64,000 nt of DNA. It comes from Rhodospirillales bacterium (GTDB lineage Bacteria > Pseudomonadota > Alphaproteobacteria > Rhodospirillales > Shumkoniaceae). Below are positions 20,157 to 29,627 of this stretch, in pieces. The stretch lies in contig CAXXVY010000007.1 in NCBI GenBank assembly GCA_963675465.2, forward strand, positions 15,065 to 79,064. The letters run 5' to 3'. The position numbers and the translations under genes are program-made. Every line of letters starts with the position of its first letter. Within the stretch, counting starts at the first letter, position 1. Under the pieces are notes generated by a model. It ran no database searches. It saw nothing but the letters and a program-made list of their open reading frames with translations, and was not told where the DNA came from.

Positions 20157-20237
20157 GCGGCGCGCCTCTCGGTCTTCTTCGGACGTCGCTAAAATATAGG
20201 GGCGGCCGAAGTGCCGACGCCATACCGCGCCGATGTT

Positions 20238-20630
20238 TTATGCGCCCTTGGCGCCAGGGAAGCCGACGGGAATCGGCTTGACCTCCCGGCCCGGGGCGCG
20301 TTCGTTTTCGACCACGGGGTGGAGCTCCTCGGTCAGGTAGCGAACGACGCCGGCCCGGAATTCGTCGCGGATCAGCCCCCAGGTCACATACAGGCCGCCC
20401 CGGTTGTTATACAACGTGATGTCGCGGTCGGCCGCCAGTTCGTGGAACGTGCGCGCCAGATTGGCCGAGTGGCCGACGAAAACCCATTCCGGTTGGGTGC
20501 CGGCATGCCAAAGCACGAAGACGCCGCCGACTTTTTCCAGTCCCTCTTCTTCGGGATCCAGCATCAAGAACCGATGAAACTTTCCGTTGGCACCTTTTTG
20601 CCAGATGCTTTCGGACTGCGTCTGAGTCAT
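20238..20630 (-). CDS. Hypothetical protein (130 aa)
   Basis: GGAG lies 8 nt upstream of ATG 20630. There is a weak GIY-YIG-like pattern (GVFVLWH...VFVGHSANL), which is not enough for a call. Confidence 0.5.
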   Translation of the reverse strand: MTQTQSESIWQKGANGKFHRFLMLDPEEEGLEKVGGVFVLWHAGTQPEWVFVGHSANLARTFHELAADRDITLYNNRGGLYVTWGLIRDEFRAGVVRYLTEELHPVVENERAPGREVKPIPVGFPGAKGA

Positions 20631-20795
20631 GGGCGGTCTCCGCAAATGGGCCGATTCCCGATTCGATACCGGCCGAGAGTCATCTTAACCACCCCATAGG
20701 CGCCTGTCGCCGGGAAAACCCGGTGCGTGAACGGTTTGTCTTGGAATTCTACCGATTCGCGCATGATCGGCGCGGTTCCCGGTCGGTCATTCGGC

Positions 20796-22826
20796 TTAAC
20801 CAAGCGGAGCCGTTGCCCGGGTCAGCCACGCGGCGGTGGCCTTGTCCAGAAGCGGCTTCAGTTCGGTTCGAACACGGGCATGGTAGGATTCGAGCCATGC
20901 GATTTCGGCCGGGGTCATCAGATCGGTTCGGATCAGGGTGCGGTCGATGGGAGCCAGGGTCAGTGTCTCGAATGCCAGGAAAGGCCGTTCGTTGGCGCCG
21001 GTTTCGCCGTCGACGACGGTCAAAAGGTTTTCGATCCGGATCCCGTACGCTCCGGGAGCATAGAAGCCGGGCTCGTTGGAAAGCACCATGCCCGGTTCCA
21101 GCGGCGTGCGGTTGGCGAACTTGGAAATCCGGACCGGTCCCTCGTGGACCGACAGAAAACAGCCGACCCCGTGACCGGTTCCGTGATCATAGTCGAGACC
21201 GGCTTCCCAAAGCGGCCGACGCGCCAGGGCGTCGAGTTGCGATCCCGTCGTTCCCTTGGGAAACCGCGCGGACGCCAGGGCGATGTGGCCCTTCAGGACC
21301 AGGGTGAAACGGGCGCGCATGTCGTCGGAAGGATCCCCGATGGCCAGGGTTCGGGTCACGTCGGTGGTGCCGTCGGTGTATTGTCCTCCGGAATCCAACA
21401 GAAACAGGGTACCCCTGTCCAGCCGCCGGTCGGTTTCCGCGCTCAGGCGGTAGTGGACGATCGCGCCGTTCGGACCGGCGCCGGCAATGGTGGCGAAGCT
21501 GGCGCCCCAGTAGGACGGATCCTCGCGACGGAGGGCTTCCAGTCGCGCGGCGGCTTCGGATTCCCTTACCGTTCCGTGTGCCAGCGCCCCGTCGAGCCAG
21601 TTCAGGAATCGGCACAGGGTGGCGCCGTCTCGGCGGTGCGCTTCGCGGATGCCGGACATTTCGGTCTTGTTCTTGCGAGCCTTGGGGATGGCGCACGGAT
21701 CGGGGTGCCACGCCACCCGCGCCCCGGCGGACCGCAGGCGCTGGTCGACCCAGGCGGGCGCTGCGTCGCGGGATATGCCGACGGGCGACTTCGCGGCGCC
21801 GATCCGGTCGAGCGCCGGTCCGAGGCTGTCGAGCGGGCAGACGCGGATGGCGTCGCCCAGGCTCTTGGTCAGGGAGTCGGGAAGCTTTCGGGGATCGACG
21901 AAAAGATCGACCGAGGCATCGTCATGCAGGATCGCGAAGGCCAGGACCAGAGGCGAAAACGGCACGTCGCCGCCGCGCAGGTTCAACAGCCAGGCGATTG
22001 AATCCGGCGCCCCCAGGAAAACGGCCTTGAGATTCGCCCGCTTCAGATCCTGGGCCAGGATCCGGCATTTTTCCGATGCGCGCAGGCCCGTGTACTCATC
22101 TTCCAGCCGGCGGACCGGCGACAGCGGCGGCGGCGGCTGATCGTCCCAGATGGCATCGATCGGATTGTCGGCGCAGGCAACCAGCCGCCCTCCCGCCTTC
22201 GCCGCCGCGGCGGCATAGATGTCCACCTGCGCCGGCGTCATCAGCCAGGGATCGTATCCCAGGCGGACTTTCGCCTTCAGGTTTTCGGCGATCCATTCGG
22301 ACGGGGGATTTTCGATCAAGTGGTGGATCTGGAAGTAGGCGCGATCGACTTCGGTGGCCACTTGAAGGGTATAGCGACCGTCGACGAACACCGCCGCATC
22401 GTCGGGCAGGATCACCGCCATGCCCGCCGAACCGGTGAAGCCGGTTGTCCAGGCCAGCCGTTCGGTTCTCAGCGGAACGGTCTCGCCCTGGAATTCGTCG
22501 GCGCGGGGAATGATGAAGCCGCCCAGCCGGCGCCGTTTCAATTCGGCGCGCAGACGCCGCAGACGATCCCCGCACCTGGGCTTCAGGACCAGTGCGTTGG
22601 CGGCTCGGGTGCGCGCGACCATGTCGCGCAGGATGGAACGGGTCTCGCCGTCAAGGTCGCGACACTCGTCGACCAGCGTCAGCCATGCGCTCGCATCAAG
22701 AGCTTCGGGCGCCGCCGCGACGCCTTCGACGACCGACAGAACGTCGTCGATATCCATGCGGCAACCGCGAACCTTCAGCCGGGCTCCCAGGGATCGCCAT
22801 TCGTTGTCATTGATGAGACGCGTCAT
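20796..22826 (-). CDS. Xaa-Pro aminopeptidase (M24B, aminopeptidase P family) with an N-terminal ~85-aa extension
   Basis: 676 aa. Creatinase/prolidase N-terminal domains plus a C-terminal pita-bread domain (HGTGHGVG, NEPGFY). The extension resembles the UPF0149/YecA motif (EGVAAAPEALDASAWLTLV). Confidence 0.85.
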   Translation of the reverse strand: MTRLINDNEWRSLGARLKVRGCRMDIDDVLSVVEGVAAAPEALDASAWLTLVDECRDLDGETRSILRDMVARTRAANALVLKPRCGDRLRRLRAELKRRRLGGFIIPRADEFQGETVPLRTERLAWTTGFTGSAGMAVILPDDAAVFVDGRYTLQVATEVDRAYFQIHHLIENPPSEWIAENLKAKVRLGYDPWLMTPAQVDIYAAAAAKAGGRLVACADNPIDAIWDDQPPPPLSPVRRLEDEYTGLRASEKCRILAQDLKRANLKAVFLGAPDSIAWLLNLRGGDVPFSPLVLAFAILHDDASVDLFVDPRKLPDSLTKSLGDAIRVCPLDSLGPALDRIGAAKSPVGISRDAAPAWVDQRLRSAGARVAWHPDPCAIPKARKNKTEMSGIREAHRRDGATLCRFLNWLDGALAHGTVRESEAAARLEALRREDPSYWGASFATIAGAGPNGAIVHYRLSAETDRRLDRGTLFLLDSGGQYTDGTTDVTRTLAIGDPSDDMRARFTLVLKGHIALASARFPKGTTGSQLDALARRPLWEAGLDYDHGTGHGVGCFLSVHEGPVRISKFANRTPLEPGMVLSNEPGFYAPGAYGIRIENLLTVVDGETGANERPFLAFETLTLAPIDRTLIRTDLMTPAEIAWLESYHARVRTELKPLLDKATAAWLTRATAPLG

Positions 22827-23080
22827 GCCGTTCTCCCGCGACCCGCTTTATGCCACAAAATTAGGTGGGAATAGGGCGCGGAGCAAGGGGGTGAAGTCGT
22901 CATGCGTCGGACGCATGGGTGTCGCCGGGAACGGTATGCAATCCACGCATTGCTGCGCCGCAACATTCGCACAAGAAAGATTCGCAAAAAGGCGTATCTT
23001 TCCTAATGTCAGCGAACCGGACGGTTACCAATCGATCGCGGTTCGGAAAAAACCCAACACACGGAGCAAGGAGCTTCACC

Positions 23081-23488
23081 ATGACGCAGAATAGCGTTGA
23101 AACCAAATACACCTTTCCCTTTGGCGAAGGCCCGATCGACTGGAATGCCGTCGAGGAAGTGGTTCGCGACGCCCACGTCGCCCAGTCCAAGGCCATCGGC
23201 CAGGCCCTGATCGCTTTGTTCCGCGGTATCGGCCGTACGTTCATGCGCACCTTCGAGGCCATTTTCGAAGCTGCTGCGGCGTCGCGCCTGTACTCGGATC
23301 TGAACTGCATGAGCGATCGCCAGCTCGCCGATATCGGCTTGGAGCGTGATCAGATTTCCAGCTTCGTCGCGAAGCAGATCTTCAAGCGGGGCGACCTGCG
23401 GCTCAAGGACGGCAAGATCGTCGAGATGCCGCGCAGCGCCGTGAAGGCGCCCGTCGTCAACGAACCGGTTATCAAGCGCGCTGCCTGA
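23081..23488 (+). CDS. DUF1127 domain-containing protein (135 aa, unusually long)
   Basis: AAGGAG lies 8 nt upstream of ATG 23081. The DUF1127 core is RLYSDLNCMSDRQLADIGLERDQI. Confidence 0.7.
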   Translation: MTQNSVETKYTFPFGEGPIDWNAVEEVVRDAHVAQSKAIGQALIALFRGIGRTFMRTFEAIFEAAAASRLYSDLNCMSDRQLADIGLERDQISSFVAKQIFKRGDLRLKDGKIVEMPRSAVKAPVVNEPVIKRAA

Positions 23489-23709
23489 TCCGGTTTCCAT
23501 CCGGTGTGGGTTTGCCCGAGGGCGGGGGTCCCAAGCCCCCCTCCCGGACCCCACGCGGGAGCGGTCGGTGCCTCTTTTTGAGCCGCAAACGCGAATCCTT
23601 TGCGATTTTGCACCGCAATACAAAGTTCACACAGTTCGGAAGCCCGCCCCGCGATCATCGGTGATCGCCAACCCGCGCGAGCGCTGAACGTACCTTCGGA
23701 CCCGTTCGT

Positions 23710-24291
23710 TCAGGTCCTCAATCCCCGTACGATCAATTCCCATACCCCGTCGAACGCGGCGTCAATACCGGGATCGCCCCAGTCCGGGGCGTGAATCGGA
23801 TTGTGGAACCGGACCGTCGCGCTGAACACCGCGTGCGCCGCGGCTATCGGATCGTCCACCCGGAATACGCCTTGCCGCACGCCGTCTGCGAGGATGCGGG
23901 CAATCTGCCAGACCAGGGTTTCCACATGGGCGTGGACGACATCGCGCGCCGCCATTGCCAGCGCGTGGTAGGTGGCGAACAGCGCGGGATCGTCGCGCAC
24001 CTTGTCCCGCTTGACGGCGATCAGGGTGTCGAACCAGCGGCGCAGGCGTTCGGCGGCGGGATCGTCGCCGGCGGCGATGGCGGCCAGGGGCGCCGACACG
24101 CGGCTCAGCCATCGTTCCGCCACGGCGTCGCGCAGGTCGGCCTTGCTGGCGTAATGGCGATAGACCGTGCCGTGGCTGACGCCGAGGGCGCGGGCGACGT
24201 CGACCACCGTGGTCTTGTCGGGGCCGAAACGGCGCAGGCACTCCTCGGCGGCGTCGAGGATGCGTTCGGCTGTCAGCGGCGGCTCGGTCAC
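23710..24291 (-). CDS. TetR/AcrR-family transcriptional regulator
   Basis: The GTG start at 24291 overlaps the stop of the upstream aldo/keto reductase (GTGA). HTH is TTVVDVARALGVSHGTVYRHYASK. The track ORF (to 25233) is an artefactual extension. Confidence 0.8.
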   Translation of the reverse strand: MTEPPLTAERILDAAEECLRRFGPDKTTVVDVARALGVSHGTVYRHYASKADLRDAVAERWLSRVSAPLAAIAAGDDPAAERLRRWFDTLIAVKRDKVRDDPALFATYHALAMAARDVVHAHVETLVWQIARILADGVRQGVFRVDDPIAAAHAVFSATVRFHNPIHAPDWGDPGIDAAFDGVWELIVRGLRT

Positions 24292-25289
24292 GACGGCTGT
24301 TCGCTGTCCAGCATCGCCATCTGCCGCGGCGCGTAGCGTTCGCCGGCCGCCGCGCCGGGGGGGGCCGCGCGTTCGATTTGGGCCAGGTCTTCGGGCGCCA
24401 GCATGGTCTCCAGAGCCCCCAGGGATTCGGCCAACTGGTCGCGGCGACGCGCGCCGATCAGGGGAACGATATCCTCGCCCCGACTGAGAACCCAGGCGGT
24501 CGCCAATTGCGCCACCGTGATGCCGCGGGACCGGGCGATGGCGCGCAGGGTTTCCACCAGATCCAGATTGCGGTCCAGGTTGCCGCCGGCGAAACGCGGC
24601 CCGTGGCTGCGGAAATCGCCGGACGCGCCGCTTCGTTCCCTGCTCCAGTGGCCGCTGATCAAGCCGCGCGACAGGATGCCGTAGGCGGTGACGGCGATGC
24701 CCAATTCGCGGCAGGTGCCCAGAATATCGGCCTCGATTCCGCGCGAAATCAGCGAATACTCGATCTGCAGATCGGCGATCGGATGCACCGCCCGGGCGCG
24801 GCGAAGGGTCGCGGACCCGACTTCGGAAAGACCGATATGGCGGACGTAGCCCTGCCGGACCAGATCGGCGATCGCGCCGACCGTGTCCTCGATCGGCACG
24901 ACGGGATCGAGACGGGCGGGACGATAGATATCGACATAATCGGTGCCCAGGCGCCGCAGCGTGTAGGTCAGAAAGTTGCGGACGGCGTGCGGCCGGGCGT
25001 CGATGCCGAGGAAGGCGCCGTCGGGCCCGCGCAGGGCGCCGAATTTGACGCTGAGGACCACGTCCTCGCGATTTCGTCCGCCCAGGGCTTCGCGCAGCAG
25101 CAGTTCGTTGTGGCCCATGCCGTAGAAGTCGCCGGTGTCCAACAGGGTGATCCCGGCATCCATGGCGGCGTGGACGGTGGCGATGGCCTCGCTCCGGTCG
25201 GCCGGGCCGTACAGGTCCGACATGCCCATGCATCCCAATCCCACCGCCGAAACGGCGGGACCGGCGGCTCCCAGTCGTCGCGTGTTCAT
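24288..25289 (-). CDS. Aldo/keto reductase
   Basis: 333 aa. GLGCMGMS, DTGDFYG, and typical AKR family 11-13 layout. Confidence 0.9.
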   Translation of the reverse strand: MNTRRLGAAGPAVSAVGLGCMGMSDLYGPADRSEAIATVHAAMDAGITLLDTGDFYGMGHNELLLREALGGRNREDVVLSVKFGALRGPDGAFLGIDARPHAVRNFLTYTLRRLGTDYVDIYRPARLDPVVPIEDTVGAIADLVRQGYVRHIGLSEVGSATLRRARAVHPIADLQIEYSLISRGIEADILGTCRELGIAVTAYGILSRGLISGHWSRERSGASGDFRSHGPRFAGGNLDRNLDLVETLRAIARSRGITVAQLATAWVLSRGEDIVPLIGARRRDQLAESLGALETMLAPEDLAQIERAAPPGAAAGERYAPRQMAMLDSEQPS

Positions 25290-25420
25290 ATCCGTCTCCC
25301 GTTCAAAACGTGGCGGGCGGGCGCGGCGCTTTGCCGGCGGCGCCTCGTAAACGGGATATGGCGTTCAAATGACAAAAAACAATATATGTTATTCGATCGC
25401 CGTGATGGCCGCCCCCCGCT

Positions 25421-27316
25421 TCACGGTGTCAAACCGCCGTCGTCGACGATGCGCAGGGCCAAAAGGTCGCTGTGGGTGGTGATGATGGGCGACGGATCGA
25501 CGCGAACGCACGATCCGGCGTACTTTCCGCCTACCGTGAAGGTGCTGACCTGGACGTTGTCGCCGTCGATCCACGCCAGGGGAAACAGTTCCTGATAGAT
25601 CCGGTCGCGGTCGTCGAACTGTCCGGCGGTCGCCTCGACCAGGCCGTTTTCGCCGTCGACGATTTCGATGTTCGATCCGCAGCGACCGACGATCGGTTTC
25701 ACGACATGGCCATTTTCCGCCATTTCCGGAGTCAGGTCGTAGCGGGTGTCCAGCAGGTTCGGGTGGCCGGGATACAGCTCGCACAGGATCGGAAGGATCG
25801 CCTTGTTGCTGGCGATCAGGGTCCACAACGGTTCGAACACCATGACCTCGGGCCGCAGCAGGACGTCGACCAGGCGCGGCGGCGAGCGGCGCCGGTCGCG
25901 GTTCCGGTGCAGGCGCAGGTCCTCGTCGTCGTCGCTGCATTCGGCGCGGATCTGATCGATCGCGGTTTCCCAGGCCCAGGTTTTCCAGACCCAGTTGATG
26001 CGCACGCCGTCGGCGTCGGTGACGCAGCCGTCGTCATCCCAGCGCAGGCCGGAAAGACCGGTGATGATCTTGCAATCGATTCCGGCTTTCTCGATTGCCG
26101 TTTTCATGTACAGCGCGTGGTAGGTTTCTTCCAGATCGTTGTCGCGCATGATGTGCAGCACGCCGTCGACGCGGCTGCGTTTCCAGGCGCTGATCAGGCT
26201 TTCCGTCAATCCGTCGCCCGCGCACCGCCCCACGTCGCAACCGTAATGCGCGGCCCAGCGCGTCTGGATCTTGCCGCACTCCATGTGGCAGGACGCGGAA
26301 TCGGCATTGTATTCGTAGGCCTTGATGCCGCGGTCGGACATCGAGAAATCGAACCGGCCGGTGATCATCCGGTTGCGCCGGTTGTCCCAGGACTGGTGAA
26401 TCCGGGGCCACAGCGCGGGCGGCAGATTGAACCGCCGCAACAGCGCATCGTCCTGCAACACATGATTTGTGGCATGCAGGAACATGTTGTGCAGTTCGTT
26501 TGTGGCGTGCTTCAGTTCGCGGGCGGCGGTCTCGCTCATCACGAAATAGCGGTGACGGTCGGTGTCGCGGCTGCTCAGTTTGCAGCTCTTCATCATCGCG
26601 ATGTAGGCGGCCTCGTCCGGGTGGGCGGGGTCGAGCCATGCGTCGTCGGATGCCGGTGGCGATTCGACGCGGCGCGGCACCAGGTTCAGCAGGTCCGGAT
26701 CGGCATCGGCCACGGTTTCGGCATGGGTGTCGTCGTCGGTCTGGATCACCCAGCCGAGAATGCGCGATTCGGGATAGGTGCAGGAGATCCGGTAGCCGCC
26801 GTCCGCCGATACCGACGCGGCCAGTTCGCGTGAAAAGTCCCGGCCCTCCGGCCACTTTCCGTTGTCAACGTTCTGTTCCAGGCAGCGGATGCAGTCGTCG
26901 AATACCTCGGTGACCACCGCGACATGGCCTGTGACGTCGAATTCGCCGCCTTCGTCCCAAATCAGCAGGCATCCCGGTTCGGGCCGCCGCTTCGATCCGT
27001 TGCGGAAGGACCGCAGGGGCAACAGGGCGCCGTCTTCAACCACCCGCACCGATCGCAGGTTAAAGATGTCGTAGGCCATGGCGATGTCGTCGAAAACGTA
27101 CCCCTTGTTGAGGTACAGCCAGCGACGGGCCAATTCGACGCACTGCCATTTGTAGCCCATGAACAGGCCGTCGACGTAGCTGCGGAAATCGCGCCGCGTC
27201 GGCATCGCGATCTTGTCCACGGTGTCGTAGTCCGACGAATAGACCGGCACACCGCCCGGGCCGACGCCGAGAAGGTCGCCGAACTTGGCGGGCGGAGTTG
27301 TTCTTTCCTGATTCAC
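25421..27316 (-). CDS. gss: Bifunctional glutathionylspermidine amidase/synthetase
   Basis: 631 aa. N-terminal CHAP amidase (YKWQCVELARRWL, GHVAVV) plus a C-terminal GSP-synthetase pre-ATP-grasp domain. GTG start with GGAGAA 8 nt upstream. Confidence 0.85.
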   Translation of the reverse strand: MNQERTTPPAKFGDLLGVGPGGVPVYSSDYDTVDKIAMPTRRDFRSYVDGLFMGYKWQCVELARRWLYLNKGYVFDDIAMAYDIFNLRSVRVVEDGALLPLRSFRNGSKRRPEPGCLLIWDEGGEFDVTGHVAVVTEVFDDCIRCLEQNVDNGKWPEGRDFSRELAASVSADGGYRISCTYPESRILGWVIQTDDDTHAETVADADPDLLNLVPRRVESPPASDDAWLDPAHPDEAAYIAMMKSCKLSSRDTDRHRYFVMSETAARELKHATNELHNMFLHATNHVLQDDALLRRFNLPPALWPRIHQSWDNRRNRMITGRFDFSMSDRGIKAYEYNADSASCHMECGKIQTRWAAHYGCDVGRCAGDGLTESLISAWKRSRVDGVLHIMRDNDLEETYHALYMKTAIEKAGIDCKIITGLSGLRWDDDGCVTDADGVRINWVWKTWAWETAIDQIRAECSDDDEDLRLHRNRDRRRSPPRLVDVLLRPEVMVFEPLWTLIASNKAILPILCELYPGHPNLLDTRYDLTPEMAENGHVVKPIVGRCGSNIEIVDGENGLVEATAGQFDDRDRIYQELFPLAWIDGDNVQVSTFTVGGKYAGSCVRVDPSPIITTHSDLLALRIVDDGGLTP

Positions 27317-27548
27317 GGCGGCTATTCTCCGAGCGGGGCGGCTGGTCGATGAAGAAGTGGCGCAGCAATCGGCCGAGTCAAGTGGCGCGTGCGGGCCGCC
27401 TCAACGGAAATCCCCCATCGCCGCCCCTTGCGCGACACCGTCCGATCGGCCAGATTCAGGGCCGAGATCAAATCCACGATTCCGGCGCCGTCCGCGCCTT
27501 CGCCGCCGCCTGCGCGCGCGGCTCAGCAACCACCGCAAGGAGAAACTC

Positions 27549-28730
27549 ATGAAGTTCAACTATTTCATGCCCACGCGCATTCTTTTTGGCGCGGGCGCGC
27601 TCGACCAGTTGGCCCAGGTGGCACTGCCGGGCACCAAGGCGCTGATCGTGACGTCGGCCGGTCCGTCGATGAAGGCCAACGGCTACCTTGAGCGCGTCGT
27701 GGGTCTGCTGCGCCAGAACGGGGCGGAAAGCGTGGTCTTCGACAAGATCCAGCCCAACCCGGTCAAGGGCCACGTCATGGAGGCCGCGGCGCTGGCCCGT
27801 GCGGAGGGTTGTGACTTCGTGGTCGGCCTGGGCGGCGGCAGCAGCATCGATTCGGCAAAAAGCATCGCCATGATGGCCAAGAACCCCGGCGACTACTGGG
27901 ACTACGTCGGCGGCGGATCGGGCAAGGGCAAGCCGGTGACGGGGGGCGTTCTGCCGATCGTCGCGATTACGACGACGGCGGGTACCGGGACCGAGGCCGA
28001 TCCCTGGACCGTGATCACCAAGGAGGACTCCAACGAAAAGGTCGGCTGGGGAATCGACATGACGTTCCCGACCCTGGCGGTGGTCGATCCCGATCTGATG
28101 ATGACCGTGCCGTCGACCTTGACGGCCTACCAGGGATTCGACGCGTTTTTCCATGCCGCCGAGGGCGTGATCGCCAACTGCGCGTCGCCGATGAGCGACC
28201 TGTTCGCGCTGAAAAGCATCGAACTGGTCGCGCGCTGGCTGCCGGTCGCCGTTGCCGACGGATCCAACAAGGAAGCGCGGGCCAACATGGCCCTGGCCAA
28301 CATGCTGTCGGGGTTCGTCGAGTCGACGTCGTCGTGCACGTCGTCGCATTCGCTGGAACATGCGCTCAGCGCCTACCATCCCGAAATCGCCCACGGCGCC
28401 GGCCTGATCATGTTGTCGGTAGCCTACCACGGCTTCTTCGTGAAAAATATTCCGGGAGACCTCTACATCGCCATGGCGCGCGCGATGGGCGAGAACGTCG
28501 ATGCCCTGCCCGAGGCCGAACGGCCCCAGGCCTTCATCACCGCGCTGAAGAAGATGATTTCGGCTTGCGGACTCGATGGTCTGAAAATGTCGGACTTCGG
28601 CGTATCGCGGGACGAAATCCCGACTCTCGCCCGGAACGCCCGCGAAACCATGGGCGGTCTGTTCCAGGTCGATCGCCATCCCCTGTCGGTTGCCGAAACC
28701 GAAGGCATCCTCGAAGCCGCGTATCGCTGA
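27549..28730 (+). CDS. Iron-containing (group III) alcohol dehydrogenase
   Basis: The internal start MKFNYFMPTRILFGAGAL has AAGGAG upstream. Contains the GGGSSIDSAK motif and His-rich metal ligands. Confidence 0.9.
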   Translation: MKFNYFMPTRILFGAGALDQLAQVALPGTKALIVTSAGPSMKANGYLERVVGLLRQNGAESVVFDKIQPNPVKGHVMEAAALARAEGCDFVVGLGGGSSIDSAKSIAMMAKNPGDYWDYVGGGSGKGKPVTGGVLPIVAITTTAGTGTEADPWTVITKEDSNEKVGWGIDMTFPTLAVVDPDLMMTVPSTLTAYQGFDAFFHAAEGVIANCASPMSDLFALKSIELVARWLPVAVADGSNKEARANMALANMLSGFVESTSSCTSSHSLEHALSAYHPEIAHGAGLIMLSVAYHGFFVKNIPGDLYIAMARAMGENVDALPEAERPQAFITALKKMISACGLDGLKMSDFGVSRDEIPTLARNARETMGGLFQVDRHPLSVAETEGILEAAYR

Positions 28731-28779
28731 TCGCGGGCCGCTGCCGACGGTGCCCCGCTTGGGGTGCCGCCGGCCGGTT

Positions 28780-29106
28780 TCATTGTTTCGGCTTTTCCTT
28801 GTCCGCCGGGGCATAACCCCGCGCCCGCATGCAGCGATCGACCAGGGCGCGTTCGGATTTGCGCGCGTCGTAAGCGGCCATGCGGGAGCCGAAGGAACTG
28901 GTGCGCCCCATCGTCGGGTCGCCGTGGGCATCGAAGCGCCGGTCCAGGTCTTCGTCGACCTTACGGGCGGCTTCCCGCCGGCATTGGGTCAGATCGGATT
29001 GCAGCCGGGTGTCGTCGGACCCCGGTTGCTGCCATTGGGTCTGGCCGGCGCAACCCGCCGCCGAGATCAGAGCCAGGACGCAGAGAGTTTTTGCGATCGC
29101 GTGCAT
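28780..29106 (-). CDS. Small lipoprotein (108 aa)
   Basis: Signal peptide with the lipobox LISAAGC. Confidence 0.6.
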   Translation of the reverse strand: MHAIAKTLCVLALISAAGCAGQTQWQQPGSDDTRLQSDLTQCRREAARKVDEDLDRRFDAHGDPTMGRTSSFGSRMAAYDARKSERALVDRCMRARGYAPADKEKPKQ

Positions 29107-29254
29107 GGGGCCAAGGTAATCCGTCCCGCGCGCGCGTCAAGGCCGGATCAATCTGCCCTCCGGGTGAATCGTCGGCGCGCCGCCAAACAAAAATGATCGC
29201 GCACCCCATCCGCATCCGACGTGATGCGGGGCGTTCTGGAAGCAGGGGGTTCCG

Positions 29255-29446
29255 TCAGGAATACCGGCCCTTGATCATTTCGTCGAAGAACTCGTCCTTG
29301 GAGGGGGCTTCCAGGAAGGCATCGTAGATGTCTTCTGGGACCCCTTGGTAGGCCCGGGTTCCGCTGGCATTAAAGGTGACGTAGAGCTTTTCCGTCGCGG
29401 CTTCGTATTCGATGCGACCAATCACGGCGTCATGAACATATGGCAT
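29255..29446 (-). CDS. KTSC domain-containing protein
   Basis: Start at MPYVHD. The pattern [51 protein letters not shown] matches the KTSC family. Confidence 0.6.
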   Translation of the reverse strand: MPYVHDAVIGRIEYEAATEKLYVTFNASGTRAYQGVPEDIYDAFLEAPSKDEFFDEMIKGRYS

Positions 29447-29627
29447 GAAAAATCCCCCAGCGTTCACAACCATGAATTTTACAAATTATTTCATATTTTG
29501 CAAGCCGAACCTCGAATTCCGGGGCGTTTCGGGGCCGCTTTCAACGCCGGGCTTGCATGGCGGCGGATTATCGGGACAATCGGCCGAATCTTCGTTCCCA
29601 TCCCACCGTGAAGGAGCGGCAAGCACC

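Noticed and set aside
22827-23080. EcfG/general-stress (GGAAC-N16-17-CGTT) promoter upstream of the DUF1127 gene.
   Set aside because: GGAAC/GAAC words are present, but none has a correctly spaced CGTT -10 element.
24357-24364. G8 run inside the aldo/keto reductase gene, and other runs of 7 (19560-19566 and around 32544), considered as slippage tracts.
   Set aside because: The reading frames are intact and protein-like on both sides. Runs of this length are not remarkable at this G+C content.
25290-25420. AACA-N5-TGTT motif (about 25376-25388) as a TetR operator for the AKR-tetR operon.
   Set aside because: It has only 4-bp arms in an AT-rich patch, which is not distinguishable from chance.
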